From contig CAXXDQ010000007.1 of NCBI GenBank assembly GCA_963664325.2, positions 224,001-288,000 of the forward strand: a stretch of DNA of 64,000 nucleotides, in the 5' to 3' direction. The DNA comes from Desulfomonilia bacterium. GTDB lineage: Bacteria > Desulfobacterota > Desulfomonilia > UBA1062. The translations under genes were made by a program, and so were the position numbers. Positions 40,500 to 50,464 of this stretch are shown piece by piece (position 1 is the stretch's first letter; every line of letters starts with the position of its first letter). The notes beneath the pieces were generated by a model that had not been told where the DNA came from, made no database searches, and saw nothing but the letters and a program-made list of their open reading frames with translations.

Positions 40500-41114
40500 A
40501 TGAATCCCAAAAGTAATTTTGCACTCAGCCGTTGCCCATGGGTTGACATGAGCAAACCTGATTATGTCGAATATCATGACAAGCAATGGGGAGTTCCGGT
40601 CTATGACGACAGGCTTATATTTGAATTCCTTACGCTCGAATCAGCACAGGCGGGTTTGAGTTGGTACACCGTCCTAAAAAAAAGGGAGAACTACCGGAAA
40701 GCATTTGAAAACTTCAAACCGGAGAAGATAATCCTCTTTGACAGCGAAAAGGTTGAAGCACTACTGCAGGATCAAGGAATTATCAGAAACCGCTTGAAAA
40801 TTGAATCGACAATAAACAATGCCCGCCGTTTCCTTGAAATCAAGGCCGAGTTCGGTAGCTTTTCAAAATACATATGGGAGTTTGTCGGAGGCAGACCGAT
40901 AATCAATGACATACGAAAATTATCCGACTATGCCGCTACCAGCAGAGAGTCGGATGCTCTCAGCAGGGACCTGAAAAAAAGAGGCTTCAAGTTCCTGGGT
41001 TCCACTGTATGCTATGCGCACATGCAGGCAACCGGCATGGTAAATGACCATTCTATCGATTGTTTCAGGAGAAGCGAGATAACAGGGAAATATAACAAGA
41101 TGTCAGGAGATTAG
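40500..41114 (+). CDS. tag: DNA-3-methyladenine glycosylase I
   Basis: RCPW, YHDKQWG, ESAQAGLSW, IIRNRLKI, MQATGMVNDH..C. Confidence 0.95.
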   Translation: MNPKSNFALSRCPWVDMSKPDYVEYHDKQWGVPVYDDRLIFEFLTLESAQAGLSWYTVLKKRENYRKAFENFKPEKIILFDSEKVEALLQDQGIIRNRLKIESTINNARRFLEIKAEFGSFSKYIWEFVGGRPIINDIRKLSDYAATSRESDALSRDLKKRGFKFLGSTVCYAHMQATGMVNDHSIDCFRRSEITGKYNKMSGD

Positions 41115-41353
41115 CACATTGAAGAGAAAACTCGCAGGATTAAAAAGATACATTTGCTGCTTTAACGAACCACGGCATGTCCTTTACGAACCCGCCATAC
41201 AGGATATTCTTAAATCAATAGGCGGCGAGTTCAACGTATTCTGGGCCAAAGGAGACATCATCCACCGGGCGTGTCCGCCTGCCCCAGGCCTCATGCCCGG
41301 CGGCATGTGCCTGAGGAGTAAATGAGGCAAGCCTGCCTCCCAGTTAAAGACAT

Positions 41354-41811
41354 ATGCGGGAAAACAAAAATATCATAATACGTGAGGCAGACCCGGGCGA
41401 CATCGAAGACATCTGCCGTCTGCTTGCCCTTCTTTTCAAGCAGGAAGCCGAGTTCGAACCCGATTATGCAAAACAGAAAAGAGGCGTCTCCGAGATAGTA
41501 TCGGATCTTCACAAGGGTATGTTTCTCGTCATAGAGGAAGCAGAACGAATAATAGCGCAAGCCTTCTGTTTCTGGTCTCCACAGCGCTTGGCGGAAAAGT
41601 CGCCATTCTTGAAGATATGGCCATCGAACCCGAAGCCAGGGGCTGTGGTCTCGGCTCTAAGCTGATTGATAAGGTTGTTGACTGTGCAAGAGAACAAGGA
41701 TGTCTGAGAATCACGGTCCTTACAGACAAGGACAACACAGTGTCACGGAAGCTTTATGAAAAATCCGGGTTCAAGCGTTCTCCGATGACGCCCATGCGGC
41801 TTTTATTATAA
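41354..41811 (+). pseudogene. GNAT acetyltransferase split by a frameshift at ~41557-41560
   Basis: The first frame gives IIREA..LF.QEAEF. The second frame from 41560 gives SLLFLVSTALGGKVAILEDMAIEPEARGCGLG..ITVLTD..LYEKSGF. Together they make one ~150 aa GNAT. Confidence 0.8.
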
Positions 41812-41831
41812 CAAGTTGAGTATGAGATTCC

Positions 41832-42638
41832 CTATTTTTCTGCAAACGCCTTGAAAAAAGTATAGCAGAAGACGCCGTCGTTTTCCGAAGTCCTGTAGAG
41901 ATCAGCTATGCCTCGGTCGAAATCAGCCCCATTTGCAAGCCCTTCTGAGAGGGCCTTTTCACGCACACCCTCTATCATCGCCGTAAACGTCTTTTTCGTG
42001 AAGCCTTCTACGAGACCGGGACTGGACGAATCGACATAGACCATGCGGGGAGAGACACATACATCATTGAAGCCCGCCTTTACGAGCAGAGGGTACAGTT
42101 CGCGCCCTATCATGGCATTACCTCCCGCCCTTTTTTGCAGCTCCACCTGGCACGCAATCGCCTTGTGAGCATTAACACTGTCCGGATAAAAATATGCCGA
42201 GCCGTGGTCTCCCTCTATGACCGTTATCGTACCTCCCGGTTTTATGAGACATTTCAGTATCATAAGGACCTCGACCGGATTCTTGAGGTGCTCAAGCACG
42301 AAGCAGACGAAGACATTGTCGAATGACTCAGCCGTGAACGGCAGTTTGAATATGTCCGCCTGCATGAATTTTACATTCTTATACCCGAGGGTGCTGCACC
42401 TGATTCTCGCTTCATCAATTGATTCCTGAGATATGTCGATCGAAGTGAATAATGCCTCTGGACTCTTCGCCGCAAGGGTCACGGTCTGCGCCCCTACCCC
42501 GCAGCCGGCTTCGAGAACCGTACTTCCGGCAGGGTAGAATGTATCTGAATGCAGCAGTTCCACAAGGGTATTCGCCTGGTCTGAAAGCCTTTCGTTTTCT
42601 TTCCCGTCGTATCCATGCACATATTCGCTGCTCATCAA
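41832..42638 (-). CDS. Class I SAM-dependent methyltransferase
   Basis: VLEAGCGVG motif I, LPF..ESFD, LKPGG-like motif. Confidence 0.9.
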   Translation of the reverse strand: MMSSEYVHGYDGKENERLSDQANTLVELLHSDTFYPAGSTVLEAGCGVGAQTVTLAAKSPEALFTSIDISQESIDEARIRCSTLGYKNVKFMQADIFKLPFTAESFDNVFVCFVLEHLKNPVEVLMILKCLIKPGGTITVIEGDHGSAYFYPDSVNAHKAIACQVELQKRAGGNAMIGRELYPLLVKAGFNDVCVSPRMVYVDSSSPGLVEGFTKKTFTAMIEGVREKALSEGLANGADFDRGIADLYRTSENDGVFCYTFFKAFAEK

Positions 42639-42727
42639 TAATTCTCCTCTGGGGAATCGTCTACCGGCGATGGACTGGAAATGTCAATCATAATGGTTTA
42701 ATAGGCAATATGTCCGGAGGAATTATT

Positions 42728-44146
42728 ATGGAGCAGCTCGACAGATCGGTCCGCAAGGCGGAGATGATAAAGGAAAGGATCATTCAGATCGGCACCGGCG
42801 TATTCCTGCGTGGTTTCGCAGACTGGATGATAGACAGAATGAACCGCGACATTGCATTTGCCTCTGGCGTCGTGGTCTGCCAGTCCACATCAGGAACTGC
42901 TGCCGAGACATTCAACAAACAGGAAGGCCTCTTTACCGTAAGGCTGACCGGCATAAATGATGGCGCACTTCGGATTACCCATGACCTTGTGAGCTGCGTG
43001 ACCAGGGCCGTTTCGATCCCTGAAGATTTCGAGTCGTTTCTATCTCTTGCTGAAAATCCGGATATGCGCTTAATCATATCCAATACGACCGAGGCGGGCA
43101 TAGTATTCGACGAAACCGACAGGTTCGATTCGCCCCGGACGTTTCCTGCAAGGCTAGCGAGGCTCCTGCACAGGAGGTTCTGCACCCATCCCGGAAAAGG
43201 TTTTATTCTGATTCCTTGCGAACTTATCGAAAATAACGGTCCGGAATTAAAGAAGGCCGTAATCGGATATGCCGAATCATGGGATATTAAATCCGGGTTC
43301 AGGAAATGGATTGATGACAACTGCATATTCTGCAACACGCTTGTGGACAGGATAATCGCAGGCTTCCCCAGAGAGAAGGCCGAAGGCATATTTGCAGAGC
43401 TGGGGTACAAGGATGATCTGCTCGTCGAGGGAGAAGCCTTCCATCTCTGGGTCATCGAGGCCCCCGAAATCGTCAGCCGGGAGTTTCCGGCGGACAGAGC
43501 CGGACTCAACGTCATATTCACTGACGACATCAGGCCATATCGCGAGCGCAAGGTAAGAATTTTAAACGGCGCACACACCGCCATGATGCCGGTCGCATAT
43601 CTTTCGGGCATTGATACCGTGAAAGAGGCGCTTGATAATCCTCAAATAAACCGTTTTATAAGAGAGGCTGTTTTCAACGAGATAGTTCCTGCCGTAAAAG
43701 CCCCTGGAGCTAAAGAGTTTGCCGAATATGTCATGAACAGGTTCATGAACCCGTACATTGTGCACAGGTTTGCCAGCATTATGCTCAACTCGTTTCCGAA
43801 ATGGCGGGCACGGCTTCTTCCAACGCTTATTGATTACAGGCTGCTGACAGGATCTCTTCCGGAAAGAATAATGTTTTCGTTTGCGGCACTGCTTGTATTC
43901 TACAGGGGCAAACGCGGAGATGCGCAGATACCGCTCAATGACAGTCCCGCTGTGATCGAAATGATGAAAGGCCTATGGCAGGGCTCGTTTACGCCTGATG
44001 AAATAGCAAGGAGAGTACTCTCGAAAACCGATCTCTGGGGTATGGATCTGAATACGATAGCAGGTTTTACGGAAAATGTTTCATATCACATGGAATCCAT
44101 ACTTGACAGAGGCATTAAAAAAGCCCTGGAAGATTTCCTCATATAA
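42728..44146 (+). CDS. uxaB: Tagaturonate reductase (altronate oxidoreductase)
   Basis: IIQIGTGVFLRGFADW, SNTTEAGI, PCELI, NTLVDRI, KVRILNGAHT, RFMNP. Start ATG 42728 after GGAGG. Confidence 0.9.
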   Translation: MEQLDRSVRKAEMIKERIIQIGTGVFLRGFADWMIDRMNRDIAFASGVVVCQSTSGTAAETFNKQEGLFTVRLTGINDGALRITHDLVSCVTRAVSIPEDFESFLSLAENPDMRLIISNTTEAGIVFDETDRFDSPRTFPARLARLLHRRFCTHPGKGFILIPCELIENNGPELKKAVIGYAESWDIKSGFRKWIDDNCIFCNTLVDRIIAGFPREKAEGIFAELGYKDDLLVEGEAFHLWVIEAPEIVSREFPADRAGLNVIFTDDIRPYRERKVRILNGAHTAMMPVAYLSGIDTVKEALDNPQINRFIREAVFNEIVPAVKAPGAKEFAEYVMNRFMNPYIVHRFASIMLNSFPKWRARLLPTLIDYRLLTGSLPERIMFSFAALLVFYRGKRGDAQIPLNDSPAVIEMMKGLWQGSFTPDEIARRVLSKTDLWGMDLNTIAGFTENVSYHMESILDRGIKKALEDFLI

Positions 44147-44210
44147 TTTGATTAAGTAATCCCGGTTTCTGCCGAAAAATTTATTAATAAACGGCACTTC
44201 GAGGGATTAT

Positions 44211-44885
44211 ATGAAGACAAGACTTTTTTATACCATGCTTTGGATAATGACATTCCTTCTTCTGCAATGTCCTCCCATTTATGCCATAAGCGGCCAGTGG
44301 TCAAAAACCGGCGAAACGAAAGGGATCATAAGCTACAGCAGACAGTCGGCAAGCGGCGTATACGAAATATATTCAGCCGGCATGGTGAATGCTCCGATCG
44401 CTTCGATCGAAGCTCTCCTCAGGGATGTCTCGGCCCGTCCTCAATATATCTATGGATGCGCCGAAACAACATATGCCGATATTCCCGGCCTTAAGAATAC
44501 CACGGATGTCCATTATGTCTATAACAAAACCAGAATGCCCGCTTTTCTGAGCGACAGGGATTGCGTGGTTAAGAGCGTCTGGACGATCGACAAGTCGTCA
44601 GGTACCATCTACTGCCGGTCGGAAAGCATAGACAGCGATTACAGATTCCAGGCGAATGTCGTCAGGATGGATAATGTTGTGACCCAATATACTCTCATTC
44701 CGAGGGGCAATGATCTGACACTTGTCATATGCCAGGCAATGGCTGATCCGGGAGGCAGCATTCCGGACTTTGTCGTCAACATGTTCACCAAATCGCTCGG
44801 AGCGAACATGATTGAAGGTATTCAGAAAATGGCGAACAGGCCGAAATATCAGAATGCCAAAATCGTCACGGCGACCCCGGCCTGA
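44211..44885 (+). CDS. Secreted START-domain (lipid-binding) protein
   Basis: Signal peptide; W...GI..Y, SDRD.V and ADPGGSIP.F.VN motifs. Confidence 0.78.
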   Translation: MKTRLFYTMLWIMTFLLLQCPPIYAISGQWSKTGETKGIISYSRQSASGVYEIYSAGMVNAPIASIEALLRDVSARPQYIYGCAETTYADIPGLKNTTDVHYVYNKTRMPAFLSDRDCVVKSVWTIDKSSGTIYCRSESIDSDYRFQANVVRMDNVVTQYTLIPRGNDLTLVICQAMADPGGSIPDFVVNMFTKSLGANMIEGIQKMANRPKYQNAKIVTATPA

Positions 44886-44915
44886 TTACAGGTTGATGAG
44901 TGGAAAATGAAATCG

Positions 44916-45770
44916 TTACCCGAGCTTTTCCGAATAATCTTCATGCTGCCTGTATAAATGAGGCCTGTAACCGTCAGGCGCATTGTCTGCCGGGTCTCTG
45001 GGCAGGATCGGCTCACGGAGTTTCTTCATTGAAATGGCCTTTTCCGGGCATTCGTAAACACAGAGTCCGCAGCCGAAGCAGTTTTCGGCAGTGAGGCTTT
45101 TACCGTCTGCGAGTTTCCTCGCATCGAACGGGCATATCTCGATGCACTTCGAACAGGCCTTGCATTTGCTCCTGTCTGTTTGTGCGGAAAAGAACCCGTC
45201 AATAAGCGGGTAATCAAGCTGTCCGAGTTCCCGGTTGATTATGTATGGAACGCACCCGCATGTGCAGCAGTTGCATATGGCGTATTCGTTGTAGAGATTG
45301 ACCGGGCAGTGAATAAAGACCATGTGGAACATCTTTCTTTCATGGCAGGACTTGATTATCGCCCTGGCCTCTTCTTTTGATATCCGACGGTAATCCTTGG
45401 GGAACGCCTTCATCCATGCATGATAACCAGTCCTGAAAACGATGTCTGTTTCCATGGGATGGCTGCATGCCTTATGGCCTATGCGGCACCGGCAAGGGCC
45501 GACCGCAATAGGGCCTTCCTGCTCATCGATGAGCTTAATCAGCTCATCATACGGGATCGGGCGGGCCGAATCGCCGAGGTAACCGAACGGCCTTGCAAGC
45601 GCTACCCCTGCAGCCTTTTTAAACCAGCCGATCTGTCCGACCCTTTTCCACTTGCCGCGCAGCAGCTGATAGCACAGAAGCAGCAGCGGTATCTCGATAT
45701 ACCGTGCGAAGATGAAGAGCAGAAAGCGCCTAAGAGGATTATCTTCGTTTGAGAAAGGTTTGAATTCCAC
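44916..45770 (-). CDS. 4Fe-4S binding protein
   Basis: CRCR..C, ICNCCTCGC and two CxxCxxCxxxCP clusters; GTG start. Confidence 0.85.
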   Translation of the reverse strand: MEFKPFSNEDNPLRRFLLFIFARYIEIPLLLLCYQLLRGKWKRVGQIGWFKKAAGVALARPFGYLGDSARPIPYDELIKLIDEQEGPIAVGPCRCRIGHKACSHPMETDIVFRTGYHAWMKAFPKDYRRISKEEARAIIKSCHERKMFHMVFIHCPVNLYNEYAICNCCTCGCVPYIINRELGQLDYPLIDGFFSAQTDRSKCKACSKCIEICPFDARKLADGKSLTAENCFGCGLCVYECPEKAISMKKLREPILPRDPADNAPDGYRPHLYRQHEDYSEKLG

Positions 45771-45773
45771 GAT

Positions 45774-46667
45774 CTAAGCCTCTTTACCGTAGGACGGGGC
45801 CATCGTATGCCCCTTGGCCTTTGCCGCTTCAAGGAGGCGTTTCCTGATTTTATCAAGCCTGCCCAGTCTCGGGTCACCCGGCAACTTTCCAGGATAGTCA
45901 AGATGGGGTTCAATCTTGAGAAACATCTCATACGGGTAACCCGAGGTCATGTCATCCGGTTCGTTCTTGCCCCAGGCCACTCCGCCTGTGCAGAAATAGC
46001 TGATATTGGCCTTTTTCGTCTGCCTCGGGATGACGAAACTGTTCCGGCACATGCTCATGTTAGCCATGTAGCGCGTGATGAACTTATCGAAGATTTTTGT
46101 CACATAATCGCTCTTGAATATAAAAGTTGTGAACCTGTGCCAGAGCGTGAACCTGTTCAGCAGCGACAGTGTCCGGTTGATATACTTTATCGAAATCGCG
46201 GACAGGCCTGTGGGCGGCATCATCCTGAACGTATTCAGGGATGTCTGGTCCTGTTTGAACTTTTCAGGGTCAATGAAGCTGTCCCAGCCGAGCAGGTCTA
46301 TGATCCTTCTGTAGTTGTCGGGATTAGTCCTGATAATCACGCCGTCCGGCGTTACACCTTTTTTGAAAAGGTGCAGAGGTGCCACGTATATGCCCTGTAT
46401 CGCCAACGGGTCGAGGTGCGGCTCTATCGTTCTTTCAAAATCGTTCCCTGGATGTTTGAACCCGAGTACCACAGGCGACCATTTGCATATTTTTATAGAG
46501 TTTGCATTTATAATTAGCTCCATCCCGAAAGTCGCACCGAATATTCCCTGGCAGTATGAGACCCCGGAAAAATGGATCGTGTCCTTGAGCTCATCAAGCA
46601 GCTTTTCATCAAGCAGCTTAATGCCTATTGGCGGCAATTCGAGTTTCATCAACCGGTCTTCCTTCAT
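45774..46667 (-). CDS. DUF169-like protein
   Basis: PPIGIKL, YCQ, C..S..VLG, PDGVII, C..S..P, FCTG pattern. Confidence 0.65.
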   Translation of the reverse strand: MKEDRLMKLELPPIGIKLLDEKLLDELKDTIHFSGVSYCQGIFGATFGMELIINANSIKICKWSPVVLGFKHPGNDFERTIEPHLDPLAIQGIYVAPLHLFKKGVTPDGVIIRTNPDNYRRIIDLLGWDSFIDPEKFKQDQTSLNTFRMMPPTGLSAISIKYINRTLSLLNRFTLWHRFTTFIFKSDYVTKIFDKFITRYMANMSMCRNSFVIPRQTKKANISYFCTGGVAWGKNEPDDMTSGYPYEMFLKIEPHLDYPGKLPGDPRLGRLDKIRKRLLEAAKAKGHTMAPSYGKEA

Positions 46668-46673
46668 ATTCCC

Positions 46674-47864
46674 TCACATCTTGAAACGTCTGGGATCAAG
46701 GTATTTCGGCAACGCATTAATGCCGATTCCGATAGCCATCTGCACGGCTTTTTTCGTATTCGTCCTTTCAACCTTTTCACCGAGTGCCTCTCTCGCATAT
46801 TCTATAACATGCCTGAGACGTTTGCCGAAAGGATTTACCAGCCTGAATATGCCCAGGGTCAGAAGACAGCCGGTGCAGTATAAGGCGGCTTCATCCGCAT
46901 CCGATTTGTCCAGGGCGATAAGGCCTTTCAGCCCGCACTTCGAGAGGTCTATAAGGCTGAAACTGTTGCAGCCTGCAGCCACGCCGCAGCAAAGACCGTG
47001 TTCATGGTGTTGTTCCGTCTCTATCACCTCAAGCCCGAGCATTTTTAAAAGATTGCGCTGGCTTTCCATGAAATCTTTCCCGAGCACCCTTGCATGACAG
47101 GAGTCATGCATCACGACGTTGCCTGATAATTTCTTTTTAATATCGAATGTACCGTCCTCGATTCTTTTTATGAACCAGTCCGTGAAATATGTCTTTTTAA
47201 AGTCAAACCTCGCACCGAACTGCCGGGGCAGTACATCTGAAAACATGTTATACCCGGCAGGACACACGAATACAAGTTCTTCGATCCCCTTGTCTTTATA
47301 AAATTCTGTCAGGTGCCTTGCTGTCTTTCTTACCGGTTCAAGGGCGCCCATCCTGAAAAACATCTCGCCGCAGCACAGGTCCCACCTGCCCCATACCGGG
47401 AGTTTTTCAAATATGGCACCTTCGGCAAGCAGCGGCATTGCAAGAAGGTTGCAGCCCGGATAAAGGCAGGTCTTTGAAGGAGGCGCAGCTGAGCCCCATT
47501 GCTCATGGAGGGCTTTTTCCCTGTTCGTATATTTCAGGCTCTGCCTGAAATTGGGAAGCCTTCCCGGCATGAGATAGCTGGCGCGCGCCGGCAGCCCTTC
47601 CCTCTCATACCTGCTATTCCATATGTAATGTATTCTTTCATAAGGGTGCGCACCATTCGGGCAGAAGGCATTGCAGGCATAGCAGCTCATGCATTCCTTT
47701 GCCGCAATTGATTTTTCATGAAGTCCAAGGTTTATCTTCCGGATGTCCTCAATTGCATCCTGTCTTGAAAATTTTATATAACGGCAGTTTACCAGGCATT
47801 CTCCGCATTCGGTGCATTTGTGCCAGCCTAGAACCTCCCTGAATTCTTCGATTGCATATGACAT
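46674..47864 (-). CDS. Fe-S oxidoreductase with CCG domains (HdrD/GlpC-like)
   Basis: Two CxxCxxCxxxC clusters plus YPGC, CCG, CPAG, HDSCH, CCG, CTGC. Confidence 0.85.
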   Translation of the reverse strand: MSYAIEEFREVLGWHKCTECGECLVNCRYIKFSRQDAIEDIRKINLGLHEKSIAAKECMSCYACNAFCPNGAHPYERIHYIWNSRYEREGLPARASYLMPGRLPNFRQSLKYTNREKALHEQWGSAAPPSKTCLYPGCNLLAMPLLAEGAIFEKLPVWGRWDLCCGEMFFRMGALEPVRKTARHLTEFYKDKGIEELVFVCPAGYNMFSDVLPRQFGARFDFKKTYFTDWFIKRIEDGTFDIKKKLSGNVVMHDSCHARVLGKDFMESQRNLLKMLGLEVIETEQHHEHGLCCGVAAGCNSFSLIDLSKCGLKGLIALDKSDADEAALYCTGCLLTLGIFRLVNPFGKRLRHVIEYAREALGEKVERTNTKKAVQMAIGIGINALPKYLDPRRFKM

Positions 47865-47888
47865 TGAACCTCCGCAGCATGCCGGAAA

Positions 47889-48332
47889 TCATCCGGCCTG
47901 ATCTTCATCTTTACCAATTGCAGGATAAATCAATATACCCAGCGACACCAGGAGAAGACTGACATCCCTCAGCATGTACCACCAGGTAATCCTTGCCGCA
48001 TTGGGATCTGTGGTAAAACATCCGCAGGAGATGTCAAGCCCGCGCATGAGGCTTGCGCAAAGCGCTGCTGCAAATATAAGAAGCATGCCTGAAATTGCGA
48101 GAGATCCCCCCCCGATGAATATGCCGCTTACTACGCAGAACCCGGCAACTATCTCGATTGGCGGCATGGACAGGGCGGCCAGATTTACCAGGAAGCCGTT
48201 TGGCAGAATCCTGTATGCGTCAATCGCCTTTGCAAACGCTGCCGGATCCGACCAGTGAGTTATACCGGTATATATGAACATTCCCCCGATTACGAGCCTT
48301 GCCAGGAAATAAATTATTCTTTTCAGGCTCAT
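47889..48332 (-). CDS. MauE/DoxX family redox-associated membrane protein
   Basis: RGLDISCGCF motif. Start ATG 48332 overlaps the rhodanese stop. Confidence 0.85.
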   Translation of the reverse strand: MSLKRIIYFLARLVIGGMFIYTGITHWSDPAAFAKAIDAYRILPNGFLVNLAALSMPPIEIVAGFCVVSGIFIGGGSLAISGMLLIFAAALCASLMRGLDISCGCFTTDPNAARITWWYMLRDVSLLLVSLGILIYPAIGKDEDQAG

Positions 48333-48835
48333 CTGCCGGACTCTACTGGGTACCCAGACTGGCTCCATGCTTCCCAGCCTTCTGGCATCACCTCAATGTT
48401 TGTAAACCCGGCTGCTTGAATTGCTTTGGCTAGTTCATCAGCCAGCGGACAGTCCCTGCCCTGGCAGTAGACAATAATAAGCTTTGATCTGGCTTTCGGG
48501 TTTTTGGACTCCATGTTGAATCTTTTGCCGGGAGGTATATTATGAGCATGAGGGATATGACCGGCATCAAAATCATATTCGCTCCTTGCATCAATAAATA
48601 TGGCGGAATCCGACCGGAAAGCCTTGAATCCATCCCAAATGCTGATCTTCGCGATGGCATTTGCCTGCTGTCCTGTCTGCTGGGAAGATTGCGCTGGCTG
48701 CTTGACACTGTTTTTCGCAAGCTCCAGCCTGTCCGCCCGGAGGCTGTTTGCAGCTAGTCCTATTATAATGCCTGCCGCAACTATTATCAGAGCCTGCAGG
48801 ATGCCTTTAAGAATCAATTGTTTCAATTTTTCCAT
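48329..48835 (-). CDS. Membrane-anchored rhodanese-like protein
   Basis: IDAR..F..GHIPHA, YCQGRDC, EGWEAW..GYP; N-terminal TM. Confidence 0.88.
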   Translation of the reverse strand: MEKLKQLILKGILQALIIVAAGIIIGLAANSLRADRLELAKNSVKQPAQSSQQTGQQANAIAKISIWDGFKAFRSDSAIFIDARSEYDFDAGHIPHAHNIPPGKRFNMESKNPKARSKLIIVYCQGRDCPLADELAKAIQAAGFTNIEVMPEGWEAWSQSGYPVESGR

Positions 48836-48868
48836 CTTTGACCTCGTTATGGTTGTTATATTAATAAG

Positions 48869-49633
48869 CTAAAGTCTTGATGCAATAACCGCAGCACCAA
48901 TGGCCCCGTTCACCTGTGCCTCCGCAAATATCTTGAGAGGTCCGAGTTTGTCTTCAAGCGCCTTCACTATACCTACGTTTTTTGCAACGCCGCCCGTCAT
49001 CATGATCGGCTGCTTCACTCCCACCCTGTTCGCAAGTGCAGCGACACGGGAGGCAACCGATTCATGTATGCCTGCTATTATGTTTTCGCGCGTTTCCCCC
49101 TTGGCGATAAGGGATATCACCTCGCTCTCGGCAAAGACTGTGCACAGGCTGCTTATGCGGGAGGGATTGTCGGCTTTGAGCGATGTTTCGCCGAAGAGAT
49201 CCAGGTCGACTTCGAGCGCCCTGGCCATCACTTCCAGAAATCTGCCGGTCCCGGCTGCGCATTTATCATTCATTGCGAAATCCTTTACCTTTCCCTGGGC
49301 GTCGAGGACGATCGCCTTGCTGTCCTGTCCTCCTATGTCAACCACTGAACGGACTTCAGGATTCAGAAAGAATGCCCCTGTTGCATGGCAGATTATCTCG
49401 GTGACCGCCTTGTCGGCAAAGTCAACGGAATTTCTTCCGTAACCAGTTGCGACCACTTTGCCCAAGGAGTCAGGTTTTATACCAGTTTCACTGAGAATAT
49501 CATCATATATCCTTTTACCGGCCAGCGTGGAGTTGTAGCCTGTAAAAGACACCCTTGTGCCGATAATTTCCCCGTCCTTGAGAATGGCAGCCTTGGCCGT
49601 TATCGAGCCTATGTCAATCCCTAGCGTAGTCAT
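48869..49633 (-). CDS. 2-hydroxyacyl-CoA dehydratase activator (HgdC/BadF-type ASKHA ATPase)
   Basis: GIDIGS, ATGYGR, DIGGQDSK, MNDKCAAGTGRFLE, CTVFAESE. Confidence 0.92.
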   Translation of the reverse strand: MTTLGIDIGSITAKAAILKDGEIIGTRVSFTGYNSTLAGKRIYDDILSETGIKPDSLGKVVATGYGRNSVDFADKAVTEIICHATGAFFLNPEVRSVVDIGGQDSKAIVLDAQGKVKDFAMNDKCAAGTGRFLEVMARALEVDLDLFGETSLKADNPSRISSLCTVFAESEVISLIAKGETRENIIAGIHESVASRVAALANRVGVKQPIMMTGGVAKNVGIVKALEDKLGPLKIFAEAQVNGAIGAAVIASRL

Positions 49634-49635
49634 GG

Positions 49636-50394
49636 TTAAACCGCTGTGGTTCCGCCATCGACGACAAGAGTCTGGCCGGTAATGAAGCTTGCACCTTCAG
49701 ATGCAAGGAAGAGCGCCGGATAAACTACTTCCAGGGGATCGGCTATCCTGCCCATGGGGATCGTCTTTACGACCTGATCGAGGATCGGCTGGCTTGACCA
49801 GAAAGGCTTTGAGAAATCCGTCCTGACCATTGCAGGAGCAACGGCATTGACCCTTATTCCGAACTGGGCCAGCTCGCTCGCCAGGACCTTTGTCATCATT
49901 TCAACAGCCGCCTTTGCAATGCCGTAGATTCCCATACCAGGGGAAGCTTTCCTTCCGGCAACAGAGGAGATGGTCACGATTGAGCCTTTGTTCTGCGCTT
50001 TCATGATCCTCGCCGCTCTTCGGGAAACCAGGAAGGTTCCGCTCAGGTTCGAATCGATTATCTTCTGCCACATGGCCAGTTCGGTGTCTGCAACGGATGC
50101 GGTCAGGAGATTCATGCCGACATTGTTTATGAGTATGTCAAGGCGACCCGCCCATGCGATTATCTCATCGAACATCCTTTCTACATCTGCTTCCTGGCCG
50201 ATATGCGCCTGAACGGTCAAAAGCCTTTCACCGGCGTTCAAAAGACCTGCTGCCGCATCGAGGCCGTCCTTTTTACGCCCGCAGATAACAACCTTTGCTC
50301 CCTGGGCCAGAAGCGTCTTTGCCATTTCAAGACCTATGCCGCGGCTCCCTCCCGTGACAAGAACGACACTGCCTTCAAGACCGTAATCTATCAT
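49636..50394 (-). CDS. Short-chain dehydrogenase/reductase
   Basis: TGGSRGIG, NNVG, YGIAK, GQTLVVDGG. Confidence 0.93.
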   Translation of the reverse strand: MIDYGLEGSVVLVTGGSRGIGLEMAKTLLAQGAKVVICGRKKDGLDAAAGLLNAGERLLTVQAHIGQEADVERMFDEIIAWAGRLDILINNVGMNLLTASVADTELAMWQKIIDSNLSGTFLVSRRAARIMKAQNKGSIVTISSVAGRKASPGMGIYGIAKAAVEMMTKVLASELAQFGIRVNAVAPAMVRTDFSKPFWSSQPILDQVVKTIPMGRIADPLEVVYPALFLASEGASFITGQTLVVDGGTTAV

Positions 50395-50464
50395 TTCCTG
50401 ATCTCCTATATCTTCATTCTGGGATACAGTATTAACCTATTATCACATCACGGCACAGGCCGCA

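Noticed and set aside
41119-41325. 68 aa ORF between tag and the GNAT pseudogene
   Set aside because: TTG start and no recognisable motif; it could be a gene remnant but I cannot support a call.
42452-42727. 92 aa N-terminal extension of uxaB
   Set aside because: It overlaps the opposite-strand methyltransferase; a good SD precedes ATG 42728.
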